Below are positions 47,223 to 58,745 of a DNA stretch of 64,000 bases, one piece after another (positions within the stretch are counted from its first letter, which is position 1; the number at the start of each line of letters is the position of its first letter). The DNA comes from Candidatus Spongiisociaceae bacterium. GTDB taxonomy: Bacteria; Actinomycetota; Acidimicrobiia; Spongiisociales; Spongiisociaceae. Where the stretch lies: contig OZ241841.1 in assembly GCA_965202665.1 (NCBI GenBank), forward strand, positions 928,001 to 992,000, in the 5' to 3' direction. The notes beneath the pieces were generated by a model. The model did no database searches, was not told where the DNA came from, and saw nothing but the letters and a program-made list of their open reading frames with translations. The translations under genes were made by a program, and so were the position numbers.

Positions 47223-48172
47223 AGATAGGACCATTGCAAACTGCCATAGATCCTGATGCCCTCATGGGTAAATCCAAAGTATATATACGAAGAGCTTTGA
47301 ATTGCAAGAATACAAACGATCACGACCAGTATCAACTCTGGGCTTCGCTAGCACTAGAGTTGCTCGCCAAGTCTTTTCTGGCAAAAATTCATCCCAGCCT
47401 AATTGTTAAACCCGACCATTTTCCATCTCTTTCCGCAGCCTCGGGTATCAACATAGAAACCGATATAATAACAATACCCGCTAAAACACTGTTTGATCGA
47501 CTTGAAAAATTGTTACCCGAATTCGATGAAAAAGTGAAGGAATTTTGTTACGCTATATCTAGAAGGAGAAACGCAGAGCTCCATTCAGGTGAAGTTCCTT
47601 TCCAAGATATGAGATTAGAAACATGGGAAGGCCCATATTGGTATACCGTGCAAATCCTCCTAAAGATGTCAGCATCTAATTTGGAGGAATGGCTAGGAGT
47701 AAATACTAAACCACCACCCGAAATTTTAGATTCGTTCTGGAAAGCTACAAAAAACATTGTGGAAACAAAAATTGAGCAAGCAAAAGAGGGGTTTAGCAAC
47801 CTCTCAAAAAGAGAGCACTCTAAATCGCTAGATAACATACCAGAAATAACAACGGACTGTTGCCGAGAATTCTTTGATCTAGCCGAGCCATATATTTGCT
47901 GGGAATCAGAATGTCCTGCTTGTCCTGGACCGGCGATAATGGCTGGTAAGCAGTATGGTGAAGACATATTTAACCGAGAAATAGACCAAGAGGATGACTA
48001 TACAATATGGGATAATGTGATCAAATATTATGGAGCGGAGGAATTTCATTGCCCTATTTGTAATCTACATCTTGATAGACAGTCAGAAATAGCAGTAACA
48101 AATATGACATCTGAATATGATGAAGTCGAAGATCGAGTATCCGAATATCAATTAGAGTACGAAAACGAATAA
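47219..48172 (+). CDS. HEPN-like protein with C-terminal zinc ribbon (AT-rich island)
   Basis: ALELLAK (Ex3K) and RNAELH (Rx4H); CPAC...CPIC; acidic tail; ATGA overlap with the dioxygenase. Confidence 0.7.
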   Translation: MKIGPLQTAIDPDALMGKSKVYIRRALNCKNTNDHDQYQLWASLALELLAKSFLAKIHPSLIVKPDHFPSLSAASGINIETDIITIPAKTLFDRLEKLLPEFDEKVKEFCYAISRRRNAELHSGEVPFQDMRLETWEGPYWYTVQILLKMSASNLEEWLGVNTKPPPEILDSFWKATKNIVETKIEQAKEGFSNLSKREHSKSLDNIPEITTDCCREFFDLAEPYICWESECPACPGPAIMAGKQYGEDIFNREIDQEDDYTIWDNVIKYYGAEEFHCPICNLHLDRQSEIAVTNMTSEYDEVEDRVSEYQLEYENE

Positions 48173-48185
48173 TCTTAATATTTTG

Positions 48186-48908
48186 CTACTGGGTTGGGTT
48201 TTCTTGGTTTCGGTGTAGGGGGGAGGGTGGGGGATTGAGTCCTGTTTGGGCGGATAGCATTTTTTCTAGTTGTTCTCCTACTCCTAGGACGTGTTCGCTT
48301 ACCATTTTGCGTACTGTGGCGGTGTCGCGGGCTTCCATTGCTCGGATTATTTCTTCGTGCTCCTCTGCTCCTCGTATCGCCCAGTCGGGGGCTTCTTCTA
48401 CGAAATCGTCGGGGATGTAAGCCGAGATGGGGCGTAGCACGGCCAGCACCGGGGTGGAATGGGACATCCGGTTCAGTTGCCGGTGGAAGCTTCCGTTCAG
48501 GCGGGCGGCGGCTGCTATCTCCCCCCGGCGGGCCGCTTCGATCATCTGCCTATTGGTTTCCTTCAACCGGGCCAGCTCCGCCGCCGTGTACCGTTCGGCG
48601 GCCCGGGCGGCGGCCAGCGCATGCAAATGGGACTGCGCCTCGAAGGCGTCCCGGATGTCGGCGGGGGTGATGTCGGCCACTTCGGCGTCTTTGCCGTTGG
48701 GCCGGGTCACGAACCCTTCCATCTCCAAAATGTTGATGGCGTCCCGGGCCGGCATGCGGCTGGTGCCGAACCGCCGGCACACCTCGTCCTGCGGCAAAGG
48801 CGACCCGGCCGGCAAAGCGCCGAACAGAATCTCGTGGCGCAACCGCTCCGCTATCTGCTGACCGAGCGGGCGGCGATCCAAACCCGGTTCGCCTGCGGAC
48901 AACTTCAC
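48186..48908 (-). CDS. GntR family transcriptional regulator (FCD)
   Basis: IAERLRHEI, FGTSRMPARDAI..LEMEGFV, N.SFH, EHEEIIRA. Confidence 0.9.
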   Translation of the reverse strand: MKLSAGEPGLDRRPLGQQIAERLRHEILFGALPAGSPLPQDEVCRRFGTSRMPARDAINILEMEGFVTRPNGKDAEVADITPADIRDAFEAQSHLHALAAARAAERYTAAELARLKETNRQMIEAARRGEIAAAARLNGSFHRQLNRMSHSTPVLAVLRPISAYIPDDFVEEAPDWAIRGAEEHEEIIRAMEARDTATVRKMVSEHVLGVGEQLEKMLSAQTGLNPPPSPLHRNQENPTQ

Positions 48909-48913
48909 CCCGC

Positions 48914-50329
48914 TCAGCCGACCGCGCCCGCCGCCGCCATGTTCAACTCAATCAGGCGGTTCATCTCCACCGCGTATTCCATCGGCAATTCTTTGACGAT
49001 CGGCTCAATGAACCCGGCCACCACCATGGAAGTGGCCTCGTCCTCGGTCAGCCCCCGGCTCATCAGGTAAAACAACTGCTCCTCCCCCACTTTGGACACG
49101 GTGGCCTCATGCCCGATCTGGGTGTCGGCCTCCTCGATCTCCATATAAGGATAGGTGTCCGACCGGCTGTCGTCGTCCAAAATCAGCGCATCGCACCGCA
49201 CGAAGGATTTGGCATCCTCCGCTCCCGGCTCCACCCGCACCAGCCCCCGGTAACCGGACCGGCCGCCCCCTTTGCTGATCGACTTGGACAGAATCGTGGA
49301 AGTGGTGTTGGGGGCGACATGCACCATCTTCGCCCCCGTGTCCTGATGCTGCCCCTCCCCGGCGAAAGCGATGGACAGCACCTCGCCGTGCGCCCCCGGC
49401 TCCATCAGCCACACCGCCGGATACTTCATCGTCAACTTCGACCCCAGGTTGCCGTCCACCCATTCCATGGTGGCGTCCCGGTAGGCGGCCGCCCGCTTGG
49501 TCACCAGGTTGTAAACGTTGTTGGACCAGTTCTGGATGGTGGTGTAACGGCACCGCCCCCCCGCTTTTACCACGATCTCCACCACCGCCGAATGCAGCGA
49601 ATCGGTGGAGTAAACAGGGGCCGAACATCCTTCCACGTAATGGCAGAAAGCGCCCTCGTCCACGATAATCAAAGTGCGCTCGAACTGGCCCATATTCTCC
49701 GAGTTGATGCGGAAATAGGCCTGCAACGGCTGGTCCACATGCACCCCGGGCGGCACGTAGATGAACGACCCGCCGGACCACACCGACGAGTTGAGGGCGG
49801 CAAACTTGTTGTCGTTGGGCGGGATAACCGTCCCGAAATGCTCCCGCACCAGCTCCGGATGCTCCCGCACCGCCGAATCCATGTCCATGAACAGCACGCC
49901 CAGCGACTCCAGGTCCTCCCGGTTGCGGTGATACACCACCTCCGACTCGTACTGGGCGGTCACCCCCGCCAAAAATTTGCGCTCCGCCTCCGGAATGCCC
50001 AACTTCTCATAGGTGTCTTTGATGGATTCGGGCACCATATCCCAGTCTTTGGCCTGCTCCTCGGCCGGTTTGACGTAGTAATAGATGTCATCGAAGTCGA
50101 TTTCATCCAGTTTGCCCCCGCCCCCCCAGGTGGGCATCGGCCGGCGCAGGAAACGCTGATAGGCCCGCAGGCGGAAATCCAGCATCCACTGCGGTTCGCC
50201 TTTGATGCGGGACATCTCGCGGATGATGTCCTCGTTCAGGCCCTTCTCCGGCTTGAAAACGTAGTCGTCCTCCGGGTCGCTCCACCCCAACCGGTAAGCC
50301 CCCAAATCAATATCAACTGTGGTGGTCAT
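48914..50329 (-). CDS. sufB: Fe-S cluster assembly protein SufB
   Basis: [64 protein letters not shown]. Confidence 0.96.
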   Translation of the reverse strand: MTTTVDIDLGAYRLGWSDPEDDYVFKPEKGLNEDIIREMSRIKGEPQWMLDFRLRAYQRFLRRPMPTWGGGGKLDEIDFDDIYYYVKPAEEQAKDWDMVPESIKDTYEKLGIPEAERKFLAGVTAQYESEVVYHRNREDLESLGVLFMDMDSAVREHPELVREHFGTVIPPNDNKFAALNSSVWSGGSFIYVPPGVHVDQPLQAYFRINSENMGQFERTLIIVDEGAFCHYVEGCSAPVYSTDSLHSAVVEIVVKAGGRCRYTTIQNWSNNVYNLVTKRAAAYRDATMEWVDGNLGSKLTMKYPAVWLMEPGAHGEVLSIAFAGEGQHQDTGAKMVHVAPNTTSTILSKSISKGGGRSGYRGLVRVEPGAEDAKSFVRCDALILDDDSRSDTYPYMEIEEADTQIGHEATVSKVGEEQLFYLMSRGLTEDEATSMVVAGFIEPIVKELPMEYAVEMNRLIELNMAAAGAVG

Positions 50330-50399
50330 GTCCGCCGTCCCTCATTTTTTTCTCCTATTCCCTTACGGGCTTGCCCCCATCCTACCAACTCCCCGCCCA

Positions 50400-50440
50400 A
50401 TATAAAACCCAGCCGCGATCCGGCCCGCGGCGGGGGCTTT
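50400..50440 (-). terminator. Probable intrinsic terminator after gltD
   Basis: Minus strand CCCCCGCCGCGG..CGCGGCTGGG followed by TTTTATA. Confidence 0.5.
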
Positions 50441-51902
50441 ACCGCATCGGCGCATCGGCCGGGGACACCGGGGAGGGCAGGAGGGTTTCCCCCATCAGAA
50501 ACTCATCCATCGCCGCGGCCGTGCTGCGCCCTTCGGCGATGGCCCACACGATCAGCGACTGCCCGCGCCCCATGTCCCCGGCGGCGAACACCCCCGGGAC
50601 GTTGGTCTCCCAGTTGTCGTTGCGGGCCACGTTGCCCCGCTCGTCCAACTCCACCCCCAGTTGCTCCAGCAACGGCGACCGTTCCGGACCGGTGAAGCCC
50701 ATGGCCAACAACACCAGGTCAGCCGGGTATTCCCGTTCGGTGCCCGGAATTTTCTCAAAACTCATCCGGCCGTTGTTGAAAACCTGCTCCACCCGGTGGG
50801 TGCGCAAAGAAGCCACCCGGCCCGACCCGTCGTCGGTGAACTGTTCGGTGTTGATGGCGTACTCCCGCACGCCGCCCTCCTCGTGCGCCGAAGAAGTGCG
50901 GTAAATGAGCGGCCAGGTGGGCCAGGGGGTGGAATCGGGCCGCTCCTCGGGCGGACGGGGCATAATCTCAAACTGATGGACGGAGGCCGCCCCCTGGCGG
51001 TGCACGGTGCCCAGGCAGTCGGCCCCGGTGTCGCCCCCGCCGATGATGACCACCCGCTTGCCGGCCGCCGAACGGGGATGTTCCTCAAAATCCCCAAACT
51101 GCACCCGGTTGGCGTCGGGCAGAAACTCCATCGCCTGATAGACCCCCCGCAGTTCCCGGCCGGGAATGGGCAGGTCCCGCCACTGCGTCGCCCCCCCGGC
51201 CAGCGCCACCGCGTCGAACTCTTCCCGCAGCTGCTCCCCGGTGGGGTCGGTTCCCGCCTCGGCGTTCACCCGAAATTCGGTTCCCTCCTCCTCCATCTGC
51301 CGCAGCCGCCGATCCAGAAACCGCTTCTCCATTTTGAATTCGGGTATTCCGTAGCGCAGCAAACCCCCCGCCCGGTCGTCCCGTTCGAAAACGGTCACCT
51401 GATGCCCGGCCCGCGTCAACTGCTGGGCGATAGCCAGCCCGGCCGGGCCCGACCCGACCACCGCCACCCGGCGGCCGGTGGCGGCCGGCGGGGGGAGGGG
51501 AACCACCCATCCCATCTCCCACGCCTTGTCGATGATTTCCACTTCCACCTGCTTGATGGTCACCGGGTCGGAGTTGATGCCCAGCACGCAGGCCGCCTCG
51601 CAGGGGGCGGGGCAGAGCCGTCCGGTGAATTCGGGGAAATTGTTGGTGGCGTGCAACCGGTCGATGGCCTCCCGCCACCGGTCGCGGAAAACCAGGTCGT
51701 TCCAGTCCGGTATCAAATTTCCCAACGGGCATCCCTCATTGCAAAAAGGAATCCCGCAGTCCATGCAACGGGCCGCCTGCTCCCGCAACGTCTCGTCCGG
51801 GAAATCCCGGTAGACCTCCCGCCAATCCCGCAACCGCACCGGCACCGGACGGCGTCCGGGCAGGCGGCGGTCGTGTTTCAGAAACCCCCGAACGTCACCC
51901 AT
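50439..51902 (-). CDS. gltD: Glutamate synthase small subunit
   Basis: [51 protein letters not shown]. Confidence 0.96.
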   Translation of the reverse strand: MGDVRGFLKHDRRLPGRRPVPVRLRDWREVYRDFPDETLREQAARCMDCGIPFCNEGCPLGNLIPDWNDLVFRDRWREAIDRLHATNNFPEFTGRLCPAPCEAACVLGINSDPVTIKQVEVEIIDKAWEMGWVVPLPPPAATGRRVAVVGSGPAGLAIAQQLTRAGHQVTVFERDDRAGGLLRYGIPEFKMEKRFLDRRLRQMEEEGTEFRVNAEAGTDPTGEQLREEFDAVALAGGATQWRDLPIPGRELRGVYQAMEFLPDANRVQFGDFEEHPRSAAGKRVVIIGGGDTGADCLGTVHRQGAASVHQFEIMPRPPEERPDSTPWPTWPLIYRTSSAHEEGGVREYAINTEQFTDDGSGRVASLRTHRVEQVFNNGRMSFEKIPGTEREYPADLVLLAMGFTGPERSPLLEQLGVELDERGNVARNDNWETNVPGVFAAGDMGRGQSLIVWAIAEGRSTAAAMDEFLMGETLLPSPVSPADAPMR

Positions 51903-54900
51903 GGGCGGCCGCCATCACCGCTTCCAGCACCGGCTCCCCCCGCTCCTGCGCCCGGGCGGTGGCCTCCATCACCCGCTTGTAATCATCGGGCAGCACTTTC
52001 ACGAACCTGCCCAGCGCCGACTCCCAGTCCCCCAGCAACCGTTCCGCCACCGCCGAGCCGGTTTCCCGATAGTGCGCCTCCACCCGCTCCCGCAGAAACT
52101 CCCGGTCTTCTTCCTCCAGCGGGACGATGGACACCATCTCCCGGTTGAGCAAACTGGGAAAAGAACCGTCGGCGTCGTATACGTAGGCCGTTCCGCCCGA
52201 CATTCCGGCCGCGAAGTTGCGCCCGGCGCCGCCCAGGATCACCGCCCGCCCCCCGGTCATGTATTCGCAACCGTGGTCGCCCACCCCTTCCACCACCGCC
52301 GTCGCCCCCGAATTGCGCACGCAGAACCGCTCCCCCACCACCCCTCGGATAAAGGCCTCCCCGGAGGTGGCCCCGTACAGGACCACGTTGCCGGCGATGA
52401 TGTTTTCCTCGGCCACGATCGGGCAGTCCGGGGGCGGCACCACCGCGATCCGCCCCCCCGACAGGCCTTTGCCCACATAGTCGTTGGCGTCCCCGGTGAG
52501 GCGCAAAGTGACGCCCGCCGGCAGGAAAGCCCCGAAACTCATCCCGGCCGAACCGGTGAAGTTGATGTTGATGGAATCCGGGGGCAAACCCGCCCCCCCG
52601 TGCCGGCGGGTCAGATGATGGCCCAGCAACGTCCCCACCGAACGGTTCACGTTGCGGATGGGCAGATCCAGGGTGACCGGCGGCCCGCCCGCCAAAGCCC
52701 CTTCGCACAGCTGGATGAGGGTCTGGTCCAAGGCGTGTTCCAAGCCGTGATCCTGTTCCGCTACGCAGCTGCGGGGGGCGCCGGGGGGCAGTTCCGGCAC
52801 GAAAAACAGGGGGGACAGATCCAGCCCGTCCGCCTTCCAATGCTCCACCGCCTCCCGGCAGTCCAGCATCTCGGCCCGTCCGATGGCCTCCTCCAAGGTG
52901 CGGAAACCCAGTTCGGCCAGCAGTTCCCGCACTTCGGCGGCCACGAACTCCATGAAGTTGACCACGAACTCGGCTTTCCCGGCGAACCGCTCCCGCAGGG
53001 CCGGGTTCTGGGTGGCGATCCCCACCGGGCAGGTGTCCAGATGGCACACCCGCATCATTATGCAGCCCGACACCACCAGCGGGGCGGTGGCGAACCCGAA
53101 CTCGTCCGCCCCCAGCAGGGCGGCGATCACCACATCCCGTCCCGTTTTCAGCTGGCCGTCCACCTGCACCACGATCCGATCCCGCAACTCGTTCAGCAGC
53201 AAAGTCTGCTGGGTTTCGGCCAAGCCGATCTCCCACGGGCCGCCGGCGTGCTTGATGGAAGTGAGCGGCGAAGCCCCGGTGCCGCCGTCGTATCCGGAGA
53301 TGAGCACCACGTCCGACTTGGCTTTGGTGACGCCAGCCGCCACCGTCCCCACCCCCATCTGCGCCACCAGTTTCACGTGCACCCGGGCCGACGGGTTGGC
53401 GTTTTTCAAATCGTGGATGAGCTGCTTGATGTCTTCGATGGAATAAATGTCGTGGTGGGGCGGCGGGGAGATCAACCCCACCCCGGTGGTGGAATGGCGG
53501 GTGGCGGCGATCCACGGGTACACTTTGCCGCCGGGCAACTGCCCGCCCTCCCCCGGTTTGGCCCCCTGCGCCATTTTGATCTGCAGGTCGTCGGCGTTGG
53601 TCAAATACTCGGAGGTGACCCCGAACCGCCCGGAGGCCACCTGCTTGATGGCGCTGCGCCGCAAGTCGCCGTTCGGATCGGGAAGGTAGCGGTCGGCGTC
53701 CTCCCCTCCCTCCCCGGTGTTGGACTTGCCGCCCAGGCGGTTCATGGCGATGGCCAAAACCTCGTGCGACTCTTTGGAAATGGACCCGTAGGACATGGCC
53801 CCGGTGGAGAACCTTTTCACGATCTCCGAGACCGGCTCCACTTCTTCCAGTGGGACCGGCGGGCGGGCTCCGGTGCGAAACCGGAACAGGCCGCGCAGGG
53901 TGCCCAGGCGGCGCGACTGGTCGTCCACCAAACGGGAATACTCTTTGAAAATGTCGTAGCGTCCGGAGCGGGCGGAATGCTGCAGTTTGAACACCGTCTC
54001 CGGGTTGAACAGGTGGAACTCCCCTTCCCGCCGCCACTGGTAATCCCCGCCCCCGTCCAAGTCGCGGTGCGCCCGTTCCCCCGGATTGTCGGAGAAGGCC
54101 AGGCGGTGATGGCGGGCCCGTTCGGCGGCTATCACCTCCAAGCCCACCCCCCCGATGCGGCTGGCCACGCCGGTGAAATAGGGGTCGATTACCTCCGCGC
54201 CCAGCCCCACCGCTTCGAAAATCTGGGCCCCCATGTAGGAGGCTACGGTGGAAATGCCCATTTTGGACATCACTTTGAGGATTCCCTTGTGGGCGGCTTT
54301 GATGTAGTTGCGGCGGGCCTGCCCGGGGTCCATCCCGCCCAAGCCGTGCGCCCCCTGCTCGATCATCCGGTCGACGGCCTCCAAAGCCAGATAGGGGTTG
54401 ACGGCGGTGGCCCCGAAGCCCAGCAACAGGCTCAGGTGATGCACCTCCCGGGCTTCCCCGGTCTCCACCGCGATCCCCACCCGGGTGCGGCGGCGGGAAC
54501 GCACCAGATGGTGATGGACGGCGGCGGTGGCCAACAGGGCCGGAATCGGGGCCCGCTCCGGGCCCGCCCCCCGGTCGCTGAGGACTATGCACCAGGCGCC
54601 GTCGGCGATGCGCCGATCCACTTCCTTGAACACCCCTTCGATGGCTTCCCGCAGCGCCTCCCCGCCCCCGGCCGGGTCGAAATGGCATTCCACCACCGCC
54701 GCGTGCCCGTCGATCCGCTCCGACCGGTGCATGTCCAACAGGCGGGCCAACCCGTCGTTATCGATGATCGGCCCGTCCAGTTCCACCATATTGCAGGAAC
54801 GGGCGGACGGTTCAAACAGGTTGGATTCCGGCCCGATGACGGTGCGCAGCGAAGTCACCAACTCTTCGCGTATGGCGTCCAACGGGGGGTTGGTTACCTG

Positions 54901-56472
54901 GGCGAACAACTGCTTGAAATAGTCGTAGAGCAGACGGGGCCGCTCCGACAGGACCGCCAGCGGGGTGTCGGCGCCCATCGAACCCAGGGCCTCCGCCCCT
55001 TCCCGGGCCATGGGGGCCATCAGCATCTTCAACTCTTCGTGGGTGTAGCCGAACACCTGCATGCGCTGCACCGCCGGCAAAGAGTCGTCGCGCTCCGCGG
55101 AGGCGGGGGGCAGATCGTCCAGATGCGTCAACCCCCGTTGCAGCCATTCCCCGTAGGGGCGGGCGGCTGCCAACTCGGCCTTGATTTCCGGGTCGCGCAC
55201 GATGCGCCCTTTGGCCATGTCGATCAGGAACAGTTTGCCGGGCTGCAGGCGCCCTTTCTCCACGATGCGGCGCTGGGGAACATCCACCACCCCCACCTCG
55301 GAGGCCATCACCACCAGGTCGTCTTCGGTCACCCAGTAGCGGGAGGGGCGCAGGCCGTTGCGGTCCAGCACCGCCCCTATCACCCGCCCGTCGGTGAAGG
55401 CGATGGAAGCCGGCCCGTCCCAGGGTTCCATAAGGCAGGAATGGTAACGGTAGAAGTCCCGCACCTCGGGGGACATATGATGATGGTTCTCCCACGGCTC
55501 GGGGATCATCATCAACGCCGCTTGCGGCAAAGAATATCCGCCCATGTAGAGCAGTTCAAAGGCTTCGTCGAAGCCGGCGGTGTCCGAAGCCCCCGGCGTG
55601 CACACCGGGAACATCCGCTCCAAGTCGCCGGGGATCAGGTCGGTGGACAACAGGCTTTCCCGGGCCCGCATGAAGTTGCGGTTGCCGGCGATGGTGTTGA
55701 TCTCCCCGTTGTGGGCGATCATCCGGTAGGGATGGGCCAACGGCCAGGCGGGGAAAGTGTTGGTGGAGAAACGGGCGTGCACCAGGGCCAGGGCGCTTTC
55801 CAGCCGGTCGTCGTGCAAATCGGGGTAGAAGTCGGCCAACTGCGGGGTGGTCAGCATCCCCTTGTAGACCAGGGTGCGGCCCGACAAGCTGGCGAAGTAA
55901 ACCCCTTTGTGCATGGCCGACGCCCCCCCGATGGCCGCTTCGGGCAGGTCATCGTCCTCCTGCAATTCCACCTCGTGTTCGATCCTTTTGCGTATCACAT
56001 AGGCCCGCCGCTCCAGTTCCATGCCCCGGTGGGGACCGCCGTCTATGAAAACCTGGCGGACGGCGGGCATGGTGCGCCGGGAGTCCTTGCCCAAAATGGA
56101 CGGCTCCGTCGGAACTTCCCGCCATCCCAACGCGGCCAGCCCCTCTTCGCCGACTATTCGCTCCACCTCCCGCATGCCCGTCTCGCGCAGATCCTCCCGG
56201 CGGGGAAAGAAGGCGATGCCGGTGGCGTAACCGCCCTCCGCGGGGAGTTCGCAGGGCGCGGCCGTCCGCAGGAACCGGTCGGGAATTTGCAACAATATCC
56301 CCGCCCCGTCCCCGGTCTGCGGATCAACCCCGGTGGCCCCCCGGTGCTCCATATTGCACAGGGCGCTGATCCCCAAAGTCACGATCTGGTGGCTGCGCCT
56401 GCCTTTCAGGTCGGCCACGAAGTTGACCCCGCAGGAGTCGTGTTCAAATTGCGGTCGGTAAAGCCCGGTCAT
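51895..56472 (-). CDS. gltB: Glutamate synthase large subunit
   Basis: [59 protein letters not shown] repeats. Confidence 0.97.
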   Translation of the reverse strand: MTGLYRPQFEHDSCGVNFVADLKGRRSHQIVTLGISALCNMEHRGATGVDPQTGDGAGILLQIPDRFLRTAAPCELPAEGGYATGIAFFPRREDLRETGMREVERIVGEEGLAALGWREVPTEPSILGKDSRRTMPAVRQVFIDGGPHRGMELERRAYVIRKRIEHEVELQEDDDLPEAAIGGASAMHKGVYFASLSGRTLVYKGMLTTPQLADFYPDLHDDRLESALALVHARFSTNTFPAWPLAHPYRMIAHNGEINTIAGNRNFMRARESLLSTDLIPGDLERMFPVCTPGASDTAGFDEAFELLYMGGYSLPQAALMMIPEPWENHHHMSPEVRDFYRYHSCLMEPWDGPASIAFTDGRVIGAVLDRNGLRPSRYWVTEDDLVVMASEVGVVDVPQRRIVEKGRLQPGKLFLIDMAKGRIVRDPEIKAELAAARPYGEWLQRGLTHLDDLPPASAERDDSLPAVQRMQVFGYTHEELKMLMAPMAREGAEALGSMGADTPLAVLSERPRLLYDYFKQLFAQVTNPPLDAIREELVTSLRTVIGPESNLFEPSARSCNMVELDGPIIDNDGLARLLDMHRSERIDGHAAVVECHFDPAGGGEALREAIEGVFKEVDRRIADGAWCIVLSDRGAGPERAPIPALLATAAVHHHLVRSRRRTRVGIAVETGEAREVHHLSLLLGFGATAVNPYLALEAVDRMIEQGAHGLGGMDPGQARRNYIKAAHKGILKVMSKMGISTVASYMGAQIFEAVGLGAEVIDPYFTGVASRIGGVGLEVIAAERARHHRLAFSDNPGERAHRDLDGGGDYQWRREGEFHLFNPETVFKLQHSARSGRYDIFKEYSRLVDDQSRRLGTLRGLFRFRTGARPPVPLEEVEPVSEIVKRFSTGAMSYGSISKESHEVLAIAMNRLGGKSNTGEGGEDADRYLPDPNGDLRRSAIKQVASGRFGVTSEYLTNADDLQIKMAQGAKPGEGGQLPGGKVYPWIAATRHSTTGVGLISPPPHHDIYSIEDIKQLIHDLKNANPSARVHVKLVAQMGVGTVAAGVTKAKSDVVLISGYDGGTGASPLTSIKHAGGPWEIGLAETQQTLLLNELRDRIVVQVDGQLKTGRDVVIAALLGADEFGFATAPLVVSGCIMMRVCHLDTCPVGIATQNPALRERFAGKAEFVVNFMEFVAAEVRELLAELGFRTLEEAIGRAEMLDCREAVEHWKADGLDLSPLFFVPELPPGAPRSCVAEQDHGLEHALDQTLIQLCEGALAGGPPVTLDLPIRNVNRSVGTLLGHHLTRRHGGAGLPPDSININFTGSAGMSFGAFLPAGVTLRLTGDANDYVGKGLSGGRIAVVPPPDCPIVAEENIIAGNVVLYGATSGEAFIRGVVGERFCVRNSGATAVVEGVGDHGCEYMTGGRAVILGGAGRNFAAGMSGGTAYVYDADGSFPSLLNREMVSIVPLEEEDREFLRERVEAHYRETGSAVAERLLGDWESALGRFVKVLPDDYKRVMEATARAQERGEPVLEAVMAAAHG

Positions 56473-56560
56473 TTGTTCTCGGATTTTCTTGTTCGGCCTG
56501 AAACGGCAACCCCGCAGACCACCCCGTTAGCCTGGGGATGGTCATCAACCAGGAAAGGGC

Positions 56561-57037
56561 ATGCCCGTAATAGTAGTAGGCGCCGACGCCCCCGTGGGTG
56601 AATTGATTGTGGAGGCGGTGGCCCCGGCGGCGGCGGAGGTGAGGGCCTTCATCTCGGATGGGGAACGGGCGGACGAGTTCAAGCAACGGGGGGCCAAAGT
56701 GGCGGTGGGCGATGTTTCCGATTCTTCCCATGTGGAAGGGGCCTGCCTGCACTGTTTCTGCGCCATCCTGGTAATGGAGGCCGCCTCCGACTCCCGGGAG
56801 CGGTCCTTCGCCCCCCATGCGCGGGCGGTTTTCCAAGGATGGGGCCGGGCCATCGCCGCGGCCGGCGTCAGGCGTGCCATCTGGGTGGGGGCCCCGGCCG
56901 ACCTGGACGTTCTGCCCCAACCCGACCCGGGAAATATGGAAACCGCCCGGGTGTCCACCGACCCGGCCCACCATCCGCACCTCCGGTCCGCAGCCGGGGA
57001 GGTCGCCCGCTTGGAAGGGCTGCGCCGCCTGCCCTGA
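56561..57037 (+). CDS. Short NAD(P)-binding Rossmann-like (NmrA-like) protein
   Basis: VIVVGADAPVG..., VRAF, GAKVAVGDVSD. Confidence 0.6.
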   Translation: MPVIVVGADAPVGELIVEAVAPAAAEVRAFISDGERADEFKQRGAKVAVGDVSDSSHVEGACLHCFCAILVMEAASDSRERSFAPHARAVFQGWGRAIAAAGVRRAIWVGAPADLDVLPQPDPGNMETARVSTDPAHHPHLRSAAGEVARLEGLRRLP

Positions 57038-58258
57038 CTACTGGTCGCTCTGCTCGGCGGTGATCGTCCCCCACACGTATCCGCGTTCTTCGTGCAGCGA
57101 AACGTCCAAACCGGCTACCTCATCCCCGGCAGACGCCCGCAACCCGATGGCCATGTCCACCGCCTTGGCGATCAACCAGGTGGCCGCGAAGCTGAAAACC
57201 ATCATCACCGCCGCGGCCGCGAACTGTTTCCACAGCAAGCCCGGGTTGCCGTAGAAGAGCCCCTCAACCCCGCTGGGGTGGATGGCCGGGTCGGCGAACA
57301 GGCCGAGGGCCAACGTGCCCAAAAGCCCGCCCACCAGATGCAGGCCGATCACATCCAACGCATCGTCCCAACCGAACCGGAATTTGAGATGCACCGCTTT
57401 GCAACAGACGTAACCGGCCGCCAACCCAAACAACGCCGCCGCCCCCGGTCCTACGTATCCGGCGGCGGGGGTGATGGCCACCATGCCCGCGATGGCCCCC
57501 GATACCGCCCCCAGCAAAGTCATCTGGGACGGGGTCCGCCGGTCCAGCAACTCCCCCAGCAGCCATCCCAGCAGTCCCGTAGCCCCCGCCACCTGGGTGG
57601 AAACCACCACGTTGACCGCCAGGTCGTTGGCGCCCCCCGCCGCCGCGCCGTTGAAGCCGAACCATCCGAACCAGAGTATTCCCGCCCCGATGGCGGTCAG
57701 CGGGAGAGAGTGGGGCCGGAAAGGGGTGCGGGGGAAGCCGATCCTGGGTCCCAGAACCAAAAGCGCCGCCAAGGCGGCCGCTCCCGCGTTGACATGCACC
57801 ACCAGTCCGCCCGCGAAGTCGATGGCCCCGAACTCTTCCAGCCACCCCGCCCACGACCAGCGGGCGGCCATCGGATAGACCAGAACCATCCACAAGGCGG
57901 TGAAAACCATCCATGCGGAAAACTTCATCCGCTCCGCCAAAGCCCCGGAGATAACCGGCGGGGTGATGACCACGAACATCATGTGCAGGAGCGGGTTGAG
58001 CAGTTCCTCCCCGGACAGCCCCCGCAACCCGAACCATTCCCAACCCCCGATAATTCCGCCCCCCGGTCCGAAAGCCAGGGAATGGCCGATAACCAGCCAC
58101 GCCACCGTCCCCACCGCGATCGACGAAAAACTCATCATCATGATGTTCAGCACGTTTTTGGCCCGCACCATTCCCCCGTAGAACAAAGCCAGTCCGGGGG
58201 TCATGAACAAGGCCATGGCGGTGCAGATCATCACCCAAACGACATCGCCGGTATCCAA
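57038..58258 (-). CDS. amtB: Ammonium transporter paralog 2 (divergent)
   Basis: MTPGLALFYGGMVR, DFAGGLVVH, LWFGWFGFN, DDALDVIGLH. Confidence 0.9.
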   Translation of the reverse strand: MDTGDVVWVMICTAMALFMTPGLALFYGGMVRAKNVLNIMMMSFSSIAVGTVAWLVIGHSLAFGPGGGIIGGWEWFGLRGLSGEELLNPLLHMMFVVITPPVISGALAERMKFSAWMVFTALWMVLVYPMAARWSWAGWLEEFGAIDFAGGLVVHVNAGAAALAALLVLGPRIGFPRTPFRPHSLPLTAIGAGILWFGWFGFNGAAAGGANDLAVNVVVSTQVAGATGLLGWLLGELLDRRTPSQMTLLGAVSGAIAGMVAITPAAGYVGPGAAALFGLAAGYVCCKAVHLKFRFGWDDALDVIGLHLVGGLLGTLALGLFADPAIHPSGVEGLFYGNPGLLWKQFAAAAVMMVFSFAATWLIAKAVDMAIGLRASAGDEVAGLDVSLHEERGYVWGTITAEQSDQ

Positions 58259-58279
58259 GACCGAACCTCCTCAGCCGTC

Positions 58280-58322
58280 AAAAAGGAGGCGGCCCGTCCC
58301 GGAGGACCGCGCCGCCTTCCTT
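58280..58322 (-). terminator. Terminator-like hairpin between glnK and second amt
   Basis: Minus strand GGAAGGCGGC..GCCGCCTCC followed by TTTTT. Confidence 0.55.
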
Positions 58323-58358
58323 GTATTTTTCAACTCGCCGCCCGCTGGGCGGGAGGAG

Positions 58359-58745
58359 TCAGTCTCCCGACTCTTCGGACGACTCCGGCGCCGGAGCGGG
58401 CTTGGGCCGGACAACATCCATCCCGCGTTCGCCGGTGCGGATGCGCATCACATCATCCACCGGCAACACCATTATTTTGCCGTCCCCCACTTCGCCGGTG
58501 TAGGCGGAGGCGCGCAGGGCCTCCACGGTCCGTTCCAGTTCATCGTCCGAAACGAACACCTCGAACCGGTACATGGGCGTGGAGTCCGCCTCGAACTCGC
58601 GGCCCCGGTACACCTCCACCGGGCCGTGCCGCTGGCCGAACCCGCGCACCGGCGACACGCTCATGCCGGTCACGCCGCAGTCCAGCAGACCGGTCTCCAC
58701 GTCGGCGAACTTGTGGTTGCTGACATAGGCGACGATAAGTTTCAT
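58359..58745 (-). CDS. glnK: PII nitrogen regulatory protein (atypical GlnK)
   Basis: VRGFG, EVYRG, TGEVGDGKI, RIRTGE. Confidence 0.9.
   Translation of the reverse strand: MKLIVAYVSNHKFADVETGLLDCGVTGMSVSPVRGFGQRHGPVEVYRGREFEADSTPMYRFEVFVSDDELERTVEALRASAYTGEVGDGKIMVLPVDDVMRIRTGERGMDVVRPKPAPAPESSEESGD

Noticed and set aside
46524-48185. IS, integron or prophage origin of the AT-rich island
   Set aside because: No transposase, integrase, tRNA, terminal inverted repeats or target duplication detected
51901-56601. 1566-aa plus-strand ORF (similarly 39223-42342, 22151-24928, 12791-14932, 2930-4966 and minus-strand 31142-34120)
   Set aside because: Antisense shadows of real high-GC genes; no recognisable motifs
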